From positions 1-10,066 of the forward strand of contig NZ_JMCB01000036.1 of the NCBI RefSeq assembly GCF_000737315.1: 10,066 nucleotides of DNA. Direction: 5' to 3'. Position 1 is the stretch's first letter. The number at the start of each line of letters is the position of its first letter. The notes under the pieces were generated by a model. The model ran no database searches, had not been told where the DNA came from, and was given only the letters and a program-made list of their open reading frames with translations. The translations under genes and the position numbers were made by a program. Source of the stretch: Hyalangium minutum (lineage in GTDB: Bacteria > Myxococcota > Myxococcia > Myxococcales > Myxococcaceae). Positions 1 through 8,188 of the stretch are shown here, one piece after another.

Positions 1-154
1 CTCACTCAGCAGGTAGAACACGGCACGGCCTACCTGCTCAATAGGGTTCTACTCCGGCTGCTCTCTCCCCAACCAAGTCCCTCCCGGTGAACGGTTACCG
101 CGGAATATGGAGCCTCTTGGTCATGGCTCCCGCGCGTCAGGAGCACAACAGAGA

Positions 155-340
155 TTACAGGACCGCCATGAGCAACGCTTCGGCCTCCACCATGACGACA
201 TGCTCCGTGTTCTCCCCCCAGGACAACGGGCTCCTCCTGCCACACCGGCAGCTGACGGGCACACTGGGGGCACATGCGGCCCAACAGGGGCAATCTGCTT
301 GGAGGCAAGCGGCCTGAGTTCCCCGGTCTCCCAGGGCTCA
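155..340 (-). pseudogene. Possible frameshifted remnant of a small hypothetical gene, divergent from the transposase
   Basis: Removing one G near position 280 and one from the G6 run (plus-strand C6 at 214-219) joins three frames into ...LASKQIAPVGRMCPQCARQLPVWQEEPVVLGENTEHVVMVEAEALLMAVL*, with TAA at 157..155. The product looks protein-like and has a CxxC, but no family was recognised and the reconstruction is manual. Confidence 0.2.
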
Positions 341-404
341 CGAGAACCCCGTGGGAGGCGGACAGGAGCGTGTGCCCTGGCAAGGTGTGGCAGGGGAGGA
401 GCGG

Positions 405-1312
405 GTGGAGGAGCGCGGGTGGGCGTACCGGCGGAGGCAGCCGGAGGGGACGGTGCTGTACGAGGCGGTGAGGGATAACCTGGCCACGCTGCTGGAAGAG
501 GCGAGCGAGGTGGGGCGCGGCCTGCCCCGGTACGTGGAGCGGGACGTAAGCCCGGTACCTGGAGTGCGGAGTGCTGGCGCACGGCTTCGCGCGGGTGCGC
601 TGCGAGAGTGGCAAGGACGAGTTTCTCGTCGCCTTCTGGTGCAAGGGACGAGGGGTGTACCCCTCCTGCAACGCGAAGCGGGCGCATGTGACGGCAGTGC
701 ATCTGGTGGAGCGGGTGCTGCCGCATGTGCCCTACCGGCAGTGGACGCGGTCCTTTCCGCATCGGGTGCGGTGGGTGCTGCTCAAGGACGTGGGGCCCCT
801 CTCGGACGTCCTCACCGTTTTCCTGCGCGCGGGGCACGCCCTGCTGCGGCGGAGGGCACGGCGGCAGAGCCTACGTGGCGGGCAGGTTGGGGCCGTGTCG
901 TTCATCCCGTTCTTCGGCTCCGCCTTGCAGGTGACTCCTCATTTCCACTCGCTGGTACCGGACGGCGTCTTCGTGCCGTGAGAGGGCGGCGTGCGCTTCG
1001 AGCCGTTGCCGCCGCCCACGCAAGCAGAGGTGGAGAAGTTGCTGAAGGGGGTGCGGCACCGGGTGCTGCAGCTGGTGGAGAACGGAGCGGATGAAGCAGA
1101 GGAGGCCGCGAGAGGACTTTTGCCGAGTAGCTGAGGAGGACGTTGGACTTCGACGTGTTGGCCTGCGTGAGGTGTGGAGGCAGGCTTAAGGGTGTTGGCG
1201 GGCCGTGAAGGGAGCACGAGGGGTGCGCGCGATTGTGAAGCACCTGGGCCTGGCCACAGCAGGTGCGAGGCGAGCCCCGGCGCGAGGGCCACCCCAGGCA
1301 GCGTGGTGTTGA
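405..1312 (+). pseudogene. IS91-family transposase pseudogene (zinc-binding domain plus HUH domain)
   Basis: GTG at 405 follows GGAGG. It reads [25 protein letters not shown], has a +1 frameshift at ~546-555, and continues [48 protein letters not shown] (HUH motif). There is a premature TGA at 979-981 and an internal deletion at ~1080. Frameshifted C-terminal pieces follow ([17 protein letters not shown]; ARGPPQAAWC*, stop 1310-1312). Confidence 0.88.
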
Positions 1313-1515
1313 GGCGCTCAAGACAACCCACAGGCCCAGCTCAGGCTCTTGCCGCGCCCTGATGGGAGGGGGGCCTGGGCAGCAGTGTGCCCTATGGGGT
1401 GCTCGGCCCCCTCCACGGGCCTGGCACACAGCTCGGGCGGCTCCCGTCCGCGGCCCTCCTCGGCCCCTGCGCTCCAGCCCTCTCCTTCAACCGGCCTCCC
1501 ATTTTTCTGATGCTC
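1079..1515 (+). repeat. Direct repeat copy 1 (437 bp), 3' end of the IS91-like element
   Basis: Aligned by eye to 8305..8742: identical except for one G indel (G4 vs G5 near 1396) and three substitutions (1443, 1473, 1483). Confidence 0.97.
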
Positions 1516-1538
1516 CCCCCAAGCCTGAGTTCGAAGCA

Positions 1539-4247
1539 CTACCGCGGAGGGGGCTGCAGTCCTTCTATCGGCCGGAGCTTCGATCTGGGAGGCAAGAGTT
1601 GCCGCAGTACGTCGGGGCGGGTGCTGGCGGCGAGGGTAAAGCGGGAGCGCCAGCCGTTTTCTCGGAGCTGGTCGAGCCACCGCAGCGCTTCGTGGGCGGA
1701 CAGGCCTCTCCGCATCAGGGCGAAGTAGAGGTGGGCATACTCGTCCGCCAGCGAGGTGGCGAAGGTCACCGGGTCATCCGAGTTGATGGAGACGAGCAGC
1801 GGAGGAGGGGCCTCGGGAGGGCGAGCGGCTGGGGCTGCTTCATGTGCCACGGGCAGGTGCGGCCCCAGCGCCATCGCGGGGTGGTGCTCCAGCCCGAGCA
1901 TGTTCAGGACGAGCAGGTTGCTGGAGGGGTTCGACTCGACAGTGATCTCCCGCTCACGCAGCAGGGACCGCAGCCAGGCCTGCGCCTCCGCAGCCATGGC
2001 GGTCTCGGCGGGGTGGTTATGCACCTCGACGAGGCGCTGGCCCCGGCGGAACACGCCTGCATCCGTCAGGTGCTGCCAGACGAGGCGCAGGACGCGATCC
2101 ATCCGGGCCCTGGGCTCGGGCTCGTCGGGGAAACGCAGGTACTCCAGCACCTGAGTGTCATGGCGATAGCGTCTGGCGAGGAGAAGGAGGTCGAGCTCGA
2201 CGCGCGAGAGGCCCAGCAACTCGCGCGCGAGGGCGGTGGCTTCGCTGCGCACGCGTTCGACTCGCGCGGGCTGGGTGGGCAGCTGGCCCTGGCCATAGCG
2301 ATCCAGCTCCCAAAGCAGATCGTCCAGGCGCTCTTCCGCGGGCTGGACAGCGACGGGGTGCAGCTCGGCCAGCCGTGGGGCGTCCGGGCCGAGTGCGAGC
2401 CCATGTCCGATGCGGTCCCCGGTCTGGAGGATTTCGGACTCGAGCAGCTCGTGGATCCGACGCAGGCCCTCCACGAGCCGGCGGAACTCCTCTCCCGCGT
2501 GGTAGGTGATGTGGAGTTCCGTCGCCTCCCATTGGGGGGCGAGCCGGCGCAGGCGCGAGGCTGTCGTCCGGGACTGACGCCGGACCTGTTGCAGGAGCGG
2601 TACGGTGACCCAGGTGGGCGTGGCGAGCTCGGCGCTGGCGACATCCAACCCTCGAACGACGAGCAGCAACTCGGGGTGATGACTGAGCGCGGTGCGGATG
2701 GCCAGGGCCTGCCTTCGTCGGCCCAGGAACCAATCGCCGAAGCGGAAGCCGGAGCTGTTACCGGAAGGATCCGCGTGGAGGCGTGCGTGCCCGCCACGGC
2801 CCTGGGAGAGTTCCCGCTCCTTGATGAAGTGGAAGAGCAGGGCGCTCTCCGGGCGCTCCGGAGCCGCCATGTGGGCCTGGGCGAGGTTGCGCGCTTGGTC
2901 ACGGATGGAGACCCAGTCCGGCTCGGGCGTCGCGCGCATTTCGAGGGAGCCGAGGTGCAGTCCTCGGCGCGTGTGCCGCAGAGCACTCTCGGCGAGGTGC
3001 TCTTCCAGGGGCCCCCGCAGGGCGGAGAGCCGGTTGAAGTGGACCTGGAACCAGTCGAGCCCCGCTGTCCCCGGCTCTTCGATGAGAAAGGCATGGGCCT
3101 GACAGCGGACGCGCTGGTACTGCCAGAAGAGGAGTGCGAAGCCTGAGTCTTCTTGGCCCTCTCGCAGCAGATAGCGAAGCGCGCGGGTGGTGAAGCGCGT
3201 CTCGGTGAAGGGACGCCCCTCGATGGAGGGCAGCCAGGCATGGAGCGGATCCTGCGCGAAGAGGGCCGACAGTGAGGAATCGCGGGCCTCCCGGCGCGAG
3301 CCAGTGGGAGGCGCGCCCGTCAGCGCTCGGTAGACCCGCTGGAGGACGCCGGGCGACGGCGAAGGATCCTGCCTGCGGCCGGAGGGGCGCTGGAGGTAAT
3401 CGAGGGCGTGCGAGTACTCACGCTGGAGCGCGGCGGCGCCAGAGGGCCAGGAAGCGAGGCGGGCAAGCCGGGGCCCTGTGCTCGCCAGGAAGGCGCGCAG
3501 GTCTCCGCGCTCTCCATGGAGTTCGCGTGCGCGCAAGAAGGCCGCGAGGAAGAGTCGGGCGATGGCCGCCGCGAGGAGCTTGGATGCAAAGCCCATCGCG
3601 TCGCCAAAGGGATACGTGTCCTTGGGCCGCAGCTTTTCGGGCCAGGCGTCGCGGAACCACCCCATCCAGACGCTCCAGAGGGTGGGAAAGGAGTAGGCGG
3701 CACCTCCATGGAGGTGGGTTTCGGAGACAGGCCGGCCGAGCACATCGCGCAGGTGGGAGGTGGGCAGATGCACCTCGTCCCCGGAGGGCTCGTCCTCGCT
3801 CGGCGCGTGGAGGCCGGCAATGAGTAGATCCGCAGGGACGCGGAGGGAGAGCCACCGCCAGTGGGCGGCGCGTTCAGCCCGTGTGATGCCGTCACCGGCG
3901 GGATCGGGCCTCAACTGAGGATGATGACCATCGCTCGCCAGATACCGCTCCGCGAGGCGGCGAAGGTACTCGGCGAGGGAGAGCCCCGATGCAATCGGAG
4001 GGCTTCCGGGCTCCACCGCGAACCATGAGTGCTCGCGCAGGGCCCGGAGCGCCTCCAGGGAGAGCCCCTCCGAGCGAGTGCGCAGGTGTGCCTCCAGGTC
4101 CGAGGCCAGCTTCTGGGTTGGCCCATCGAGGACTCCCGCGGCGGCGTGTCCCAGTTGGAGCGTTCGGTGAGCATGGGCGGACAGCGAGGCGAGAGGCCAG
4201 GCCTCGGCCTCCGCCACGAGCCGCTGGTAGCGCCCGTCCCGACCCAT
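1539..4247 (-). CDS. rdrB: Adenosine deaminase-fold (amidohydrolase) protein, RADAR RdrB-like, ~902 aa
   Basis: Complete set of ADA motifs: ETHLH (H178/H180), YHAGEE (H583/E586), RIGHG (H615), ESNPSSN and SINSDDP (D824/D825), with a ~400-aa insertion after HxH. The start was moved from 4343 to ATG 4247, which lies 1 nt after the upstream stop and has GGAG 7 nt upstream. The rdrB label rests on motifs, size and the neighbouring ATPase. Confidence 0.85.
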   Translation of the reverse strand: MGRDGRYQRLVAEAEAWPLASLSAHAHRTLQLGHAAAGVLDGPTQKLASDLEAHLRTRSEGLSLEALRALREHSWFAVEPGSPPIASGLSLAEYLRRLAERYLASDGHHPQLRPDPAGDGITRAERAAHWRWLSLRVPADLLIAGLHAPSEDEPSGDEVHLPTSHLRDVLGRPVSETHLHGGAAYSFPTLWSVWMGWFRDAWPEKLRPKDTYPFGDAMGFASKLLAAAIARLFLAAFLRARELHGERGDLRAFLASTGPRLARLASWPSGAAALQREYSHALDYLQRPSGRRQDPSPSPGVLQRVYRALTGAPPTGSRREARDSSLSALFAQDPLHAWLPSIEGRPFTETRFTTRALRYLLREGQEDSGFALLFWQYQRVRCQAHAFLIEEPGTAGLDWFQVHFNRLSALRGPLEEHLAESALRHTRRGLHLGSLEMRATPEPDWVSIRDQARNLAQAHMAAPERPESALLFHFIKERELSQGRGGHARLHADPSGNSSGFRFGDWFLGRRRQALAIRTALSHHPELLLVVRGLDVASAELATPTWVTVPLLQQVRRQSRTTASRLRRLAPQWEATELHITYHAGEEFRRLVEGLRRIHELLESEILQTGDRIGHGLALGPDAPRLAELHPVAVQPAEERLDDLLWELDRYGQGQLPTQPARVERVRSEATALARELLGLSRVELDLLLLARRYRHDTQVLEYLRFPDEPEPRARMDRVLRLVWQHLTDAGVFRRGQRLVEVHNHPAETAMAAEAQAWLRSLLREREITVESNPSSNLLVLNMLGLEHHPAMALGPHLPVAHEAAPAARPPEAPPPLLVSINSDDPVTFATSLADEYAHLYFALMRRGLSAHEALRWLDQLRENGWRSRFTLAASTRPDVLRQLLPPRSKLRPIEGLQPPPR

Positions 4248-4248
4248 G

Positions 4249-7200
4249 TCACTTCTCCGAGTTGGCCAAGCCCATATGCACGAGCCAGGGGTGCCGAGGC
4301 TCCTGGAACGCAGCATCAATCTCGTTGAGCATCTGCCGAGCATGCTCTGGTGAGTGCCCAGAGTCCGTCAGCCGAGCGAGCCGGTGTGCCTGCAGTGCCT
4401 GCGTGTCGATGCCGAAGTTCCGGTCCCACTGGGTGAGGATGAGGTCGGCAAACGTGACGGGCAAGCCAGACTCGGGCGCGGCGAGCAGGGGGAGTCGCGC
4501 GGCCCAGTCCCGGAGTTCCTTCGTCCGGGGCTCTTGTGTGGGAAGGGCCTTGAGCAGCGTGTGGAGCGACTCCACCTGCTGCACCCAGCGGTCTTGGGAG
4601 AAGGGTTCGCTGATGGGGGGGGCCAGATACGCACGGTGGAAGCACATGAGGGAGCCTTCGATCAGCCACAGGGCGCGTGGCACGAGCTGATCCGAGACAG
4701 GGAGTTCCCGGTTCATGTTCGGCTGCGCATGTCCCGACAGCCAGCTCTCTTCGAGTACCTCCCACTCCCACAGCGTCCGCCATGCGATGGTGGGGAAGAC
4801 CCAGAACTCACTCTTTTTCCAGGAGCCCTTGAGCAGGTGCCACCAGCGGGGAGCTGGAGAGGGGGACGCGGCGGCGTCGGGTTGCTCCATGGCGAGGTCA
4901 TGGGCCACACGCAAAAAAGGCTCGGCGTCATTGGGAACGCCCGCAACCAAGCCGGCTCCTGTTTGACGAACCTGGGTGAAAGCCAGGTAGAGATTCTCGG
5001 TGATGGCGGAGTCGCGCCATCGCGCTTTCGTGAAGGACTCGTCCACACTCTTACGGAAGCGCTCAATGAACGGGGTCTCTTGCAGGACCACCCGGCCCTC
5101 GCGGAGCTGGAGCTTGGGCTCGAGGTCGCGCCTATCCCTCTCGTGGGTCCAGGTCTTCCAGAGCAAGGACAGGACCTGCGCTGCCTCTGGGGGCTTGGGT
5201 GCGAGCCGGACCTTCTCGCTTAGAGTCTTCAACAGCCAGAGCGGACTGAGCGCGAGCAGGCCCTGTCGGAAATTCGTGAAGTAGGTCGCAAGGGATGCGA
5301 AGGGAGTTCGAACGGAGCGGAGTTCCTTGAGCAGGTTGTGGACTTCGGGTTCCCGTAGTCCGCTCGGAGCGCGGAATTCTCTCTGGATGCGCTGGATGAA
5401 GGGGTGTGTCTCGAAGGCATCGTCAAGCTTGCGGAGCAGGGTCTCCAGTTCGCCAGGACCGATGGTGGATGAGTTGTACAAAGGTGTCTGGGACAAGGCC
5501 TCCTGCAGGCGCCTGCGTCGCTCCCAGCGCAATCCATTCGTGATGTCGTTCCAGCTCGCGCTGAAGATCCCCTCCAGGCAGTTGATCAGTCCATCGCTGA
5601 AGAGGAGCGAAAGGCCGCTTTCCGGGGCAGCGAGCAGTCCGAGGTGTTGCACCCACGTGGATATGGCGTTGTCGCGAGCAGTGCCCGTCATCTCCCGAAG
5701 CGCTCCAAGTTCTCGCTCCAGCCAAGTCCAACTCTGCTTCTCACCCAGATGAACGCTCTCGACAGGCTGGCGACGCGAGACGTGGATGGCGAGTCGCAAG
5801 AACAGCCACGCGAAGTCATCCGGGCGGTGGGTGGGGGGGGCGGGCCATGAGGTCGGAGTGGGCGCGTCTTCCAGTTCCTGGCGCCAGGCCTGTATGAATT
5901 GGGTCAGCTCCTGGTGCGTTCCCCAGTCCGGCAAGGGCCAATGCACCATGAAGGCCGCAGCCAGATCGTCGATGCGCGCTTCCGATCCCGAGGATTGAGT
6001 GCGGGCAACGAGCGAGGACATCGCAGGGAAGGCGGAGAACAGTGTCTCGCGAGATTCCGGCTCTTTGGTAGGGATGCGCTTCCACCGGATACGGGTGAGC
6101 GCACGTTCCACTTCTCGGCTGCTGATGGTGGGACCCGTGGAGTGGCCGTGAGGAGCGGCGGTGCGGGCAAAGTCGTTCGCGAGTCCATATGCCACCACGA
6201 GTCCATCGGACAGCCAGGCCATTTCATCAATGCCGCGTGTCTCAGGGTTCCACTCCGGCATGTACATCCTTAGGCGCGTCGGGTAGCCCAGGGAGATCAA
6301 GAAGTCCTCACCGATGGACCAGGGCAGGAACTGGGTTTCCAATTCGGTGTTGAACTTCTGAGCGTCGACGTGGAGGGCTGCTTCCCCCGTCTCGGTCTCC
6401 TCCAACCAGATGAGGTTGCGGAGCAATGCCCTGTCGGAGCCACTGCGCTCCGAAGCTTCGACAGCAAGCTCCCAGAGCTTCATGAGGGCGCGGGCGGTTC
6501 GGGGAAATTCTGTCCCGCTGCTGGTGAGGAGCTCATTCAGTGTGGACTTCAAGGACACCAGGTCCCGGAGCCTGTCGGGGAGGACCTGCGCGAGGCCGAG
6601 AGACCCCTCCAGGAGCAGCTTGGAGTCGAGGAGGCCTGTACCTCCTGGCATCTTGAACTGCTTCAACTGCTCCTGAATAGGCTCGCTGCGAGGGAAGGAG
6701 AGCCTCCGGCGCACCGAGATGGGAGGCAGCTCACACCGCTGTGGCGGCGGAATGACCTTGTCGTAGATGGCCCTGGGAAGGTTCCTGAGGGTTTGGGGTA
6801 GCGACTGCTCGGGGATCCTCTCCCTACGCGAGAGGTCGAGCAGGAGCGAGTCCTCGAAGAGCGTACTATCGCCGGTCATGAGGAAGGCCAGTCGCGGGTG
6901 ATGGATCTTGCGCACCAGCGACAGCAACTCCGGCGTCCTTCGCGGGTTCATGTCCGCGTCATCAATGGCGAGCAGAAAGAGGGGGTAGTGGCCCTTGTCC
7001 CAGCGGCGCCAGCGTCGATAGTCATCCGCGAGCGCGTCGAGGAAGTCCCGGAAGGCTCCGGCCATCCGCATCCGATGCCGCTCCCCATGCTCGGCCTCCA
7101 GCGCATAGGCCTCGGGGTCGAGCCGAGTCTTTCGGATGTCCGGTCCATCCCAGCCCAGGGTCGTGACGCGGACGAACTCCCGCCACTTCTTGCGCGAGGG

Positions 7201-7722
7201 CTTCTCCTGAGCCTCTTCCCCTTGCCATGGCGCCGACGAGGAGGGGAGCGCCACGTCCTCCCCACCCTCCAGCGCGGCGACCACCCGCTCCAGGTGCCCG
7301 ACGAGGTGGAGAAGCAGGTTGGTGGTCTCGGGCAGGGGCTCGAGGTCGACCAGACCCACTGGCACGATGGGGTAGCCCGGCTCGATGTCCCAGGATTCGG
7401 GCCGGAAGTCGCGCAGAGTCTTCACCTTGTTCGTCGCGGCCTTGTTGTAAAGGTTCAACAAGGTGACGAGCAGGGCGGACTTCCCAGAGCCCCGGCGCCC
7501 ATCAATGAGGACCGTGGGGTTGAGGCGCTTCTTCTCGATGAGAGGCAGATAACCGTGGGCCCTGCTGCCCTTGGCGGGGGAGAAGGGCGCCTCGGCTAAC
7601 TCGCGGAGGAAGCCGGTGGCACGCGTCCCCGCCTTGAGCTGATCTTCGGTGAGCTCCTTGGGCAGCAGGATGCGTGCTTCGGTGCGTGGCTGGAAGGGAG
7701 ACTTGGGGTTCGTGTTGGACAT
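4249..7722 (-). CDS. rdrA: Large P-loop ATPase, RADAR RdrA-like, 1157 aa
   Basis: Walker A in VLIDGRRGSGKS, Walker B in FLLAIDDAD, then FLMTGD and YDKVIPP..R motifs and a long helical C-terminal region. The ORF is uninterrupted and sits directly upstream of the deaminase. No clear RBS precedes ATG 7722. Confidence 0.82.
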   Translation of the reverse strand: MSNTNPKSPFQPRTEARILLPKELTEDQLKAGTRATGFLRELAEAPFSPAKGSRAHGYLPLIEKKRLNPTVLIDGRRGSGKSALLVTLLNLYNKAATNKVKTLRDFRPESWDIEPGYPIVPVGLVDLEPLPETTNLLLHLVGHLERVVAALEGGEDVALPSSSAPWQGEEAQEKPSRKKWREFVRVTTLGWDGPDIRKTRLDPEAYALEAEHGERHRMRMAGAFRDFLDALADDYRRWRRWDKGHYPLFLLAIDDADMNPRRTPELLSLVRKIHHPRLAFLMTGDSTLFEDSLLLDLSRRERIPEQSLPQTLRNLPRAIYDKVIPPPQRCELPPISVRRRLSFPRSEPIQEQLKQFKMPGGTGLLDSKLLLEGSLGLAQVLPDRLRDLVSLKSTLNELLTSSGTEFPRTARALMKLWELAVEASERSGSDRALLRNLIWLEETETGEAALHVDAQKFNTELETQFLPWSIGEDFLISLGYPTRLRMYMPEWNPETRGIDEMAWLSDGLVVAYGLANDFARTAAPHGHSTGPTISSREVERALTRIRWKRIPTKEPESRETLFSAFPAMSSLVARTQSSGSEARIDDLAAAFMVHWPLPDWGTHQELTQFIQAWRQELEDAPTPTSWPAPPTHRPDDFAWLFLRLAIHVSRRQPVESVHLGEKQSWTWLERELGALREMTGTARDNAISTWVQHLGLLAAPESGLSLLFSDGLINCLEGIFSASWNDITNGLRWERRRRLQEALSQTPLYNSSTIGPGELETLLRKLDDAFETHPFIQRIQREFRAPSGLREPEVHNLLKELRSVRTPFASLATYFTNFRQGLLALSPLWLLKTLSEKVRLAPKPPEAAQVLSLLWKTWTHERDRRDLEPKLQLREGRVVLQETPFIERFRKSVDESFTKARWRDSAITENLYLAFTQVRQTGAGLVAGVPNDAEPFLRVAHDLAMEQPDAAASPSPAPRWWHLLKGSWKKSEFWVFPTIAWRTLWEWEVLEESWLSGHAQPNMNRELPVSDQLVPRALWLIEGSLMCFHRAYLAPPISEPFSQDRWVQQVESLHTLLKALPTQEPRTKELRDWAARLPLLAAPESGLPVTFADLILTQWDRNFGIDTQALQAHRLARLTDSGHSPEHARQMLNEIDAAFQEPRHPWLVHMGLANSEK
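4255..4258 (-). promoter_or_regulatory. Shine-Dalgarno site for the deaminase, embedded in the last codons of the ATPase
   Basis: Minus strand reads ...tcGGAGaagTGAcATG: stop, 1 nt, start. This suggests translational coupling. Confidence 0.65.
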
Positions 7723-7849
7723 GGCCCGGGTCGGTCAGACAGCACGGGCACGGACTGAAGCCGTGCTCTAGGTGTGGCGTGGCCCGGATTCTGGGCGCAG
7801 GCGAGCAGGGGCGGAAGTTTCTGGTGGGCGCGGTGGGTGACACTGGAAC

Positions 7850-8071
7850 TCAGTAGCCGGGCGGCACCTCGTTCCCGCTAAGCCGTGCGAAGCCGTGCGC
7901 CAGCACCCCGCACTCCAGGTACCCGGCGAAGTCCCGCTCCATATACCGGGGCAGGCCTCTTCCCACCTCGTTCGCCTCCGCTAGCAGCGTGGTGAGGTTG
8001 TCCCTCACCGCCTCGTACAGCACCGGCCCCTCCGGCTGCCTCCTCCGGTACGCCCACCAGCGCTCCTCCAC
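7850..8071 (-). pseudogene. 5' fragment of a second IS91-family transposase, inverted relative to the left copy
   Basis: GTG at 8071 follows GGAGG and reads [62 protein letters not shown]. Homology stops at ~7884 and the frame closes at TGA 7852..7850. About 89% identical to 405..593 (about 20 differences in ~188 nt, counted by hand). Confidence 0.9.
7880..7899. repeat. Perfect 10-bp tandem duplication (aagccgtgcg x2) at the truncation point of the inverted transposase fragment
   Basis: 7880-7889 is identical to 7890-7899. Confidence 0.85.
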
Positions 8072-8136
8072 CTGCCCCTCCCCAGCTACACCTGTGCTCC
8101 CACGAACCTCCCTGGAGCACCGTGCGCCCCTGGTTC

Positions 8137-8188
8137 TGTCTCCAAAATGTCTCCAGGATTGGAGGGGACTCGGAGGGACAGGTGGGAC
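8137..8188. repeat. Helically phased short direct repeats
   Basis: tgtctcca at 8137-8144 and 8148-8155 (11-bp period); gggac at 8165, 8175 and 8184 (10- and 9-bp spacing). Confidence 0.6.

Larger units (their letters stand above)
383..1515 (+). mobile_element. Degenerate, internally deleted IS91/ISCR-family (HUH rolling-circle) element, left copy
   Basis: Contains transposase N-terminal, HUH and C-terminal segments, followed by ~200 bp of noncoding end (1313..1515) with small inverted repeats (gtgtgcc 1385-1391 / ggcacac 1423-1429; hairpin 1434-1450). The left limit is set by homology to the inverted fragment at 8093 and the right limit by homology to the copy ending at 8742. Confidence 0.85.

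Noticed and set aside
87-317. 76-aa plus-strand ORF
   Set aside because: No RBS or family motif. The codon bias is explained equally well by the opposite-strand remnant.
1263-3146. 627-aa plus-strand ORF
   Set aside because: Antisense shadow of the motif-rich deaminase, starting inside the IS repeat. No recognisable motifs, and such ORFs are common in high-GC DNA.
4248-4343. Extended deaminase start at 4343
   Set aside because: It would overlap rdrA by ~95 bp. ATG 4247 has an RBS and abuts the rdrA stop.
5310-5321. 12-bp match (gaacggagcgga) to the start of the long repeat
   Set aside because: It lies inside intact rdrA coding sequence with no extension, so it is likely chance.
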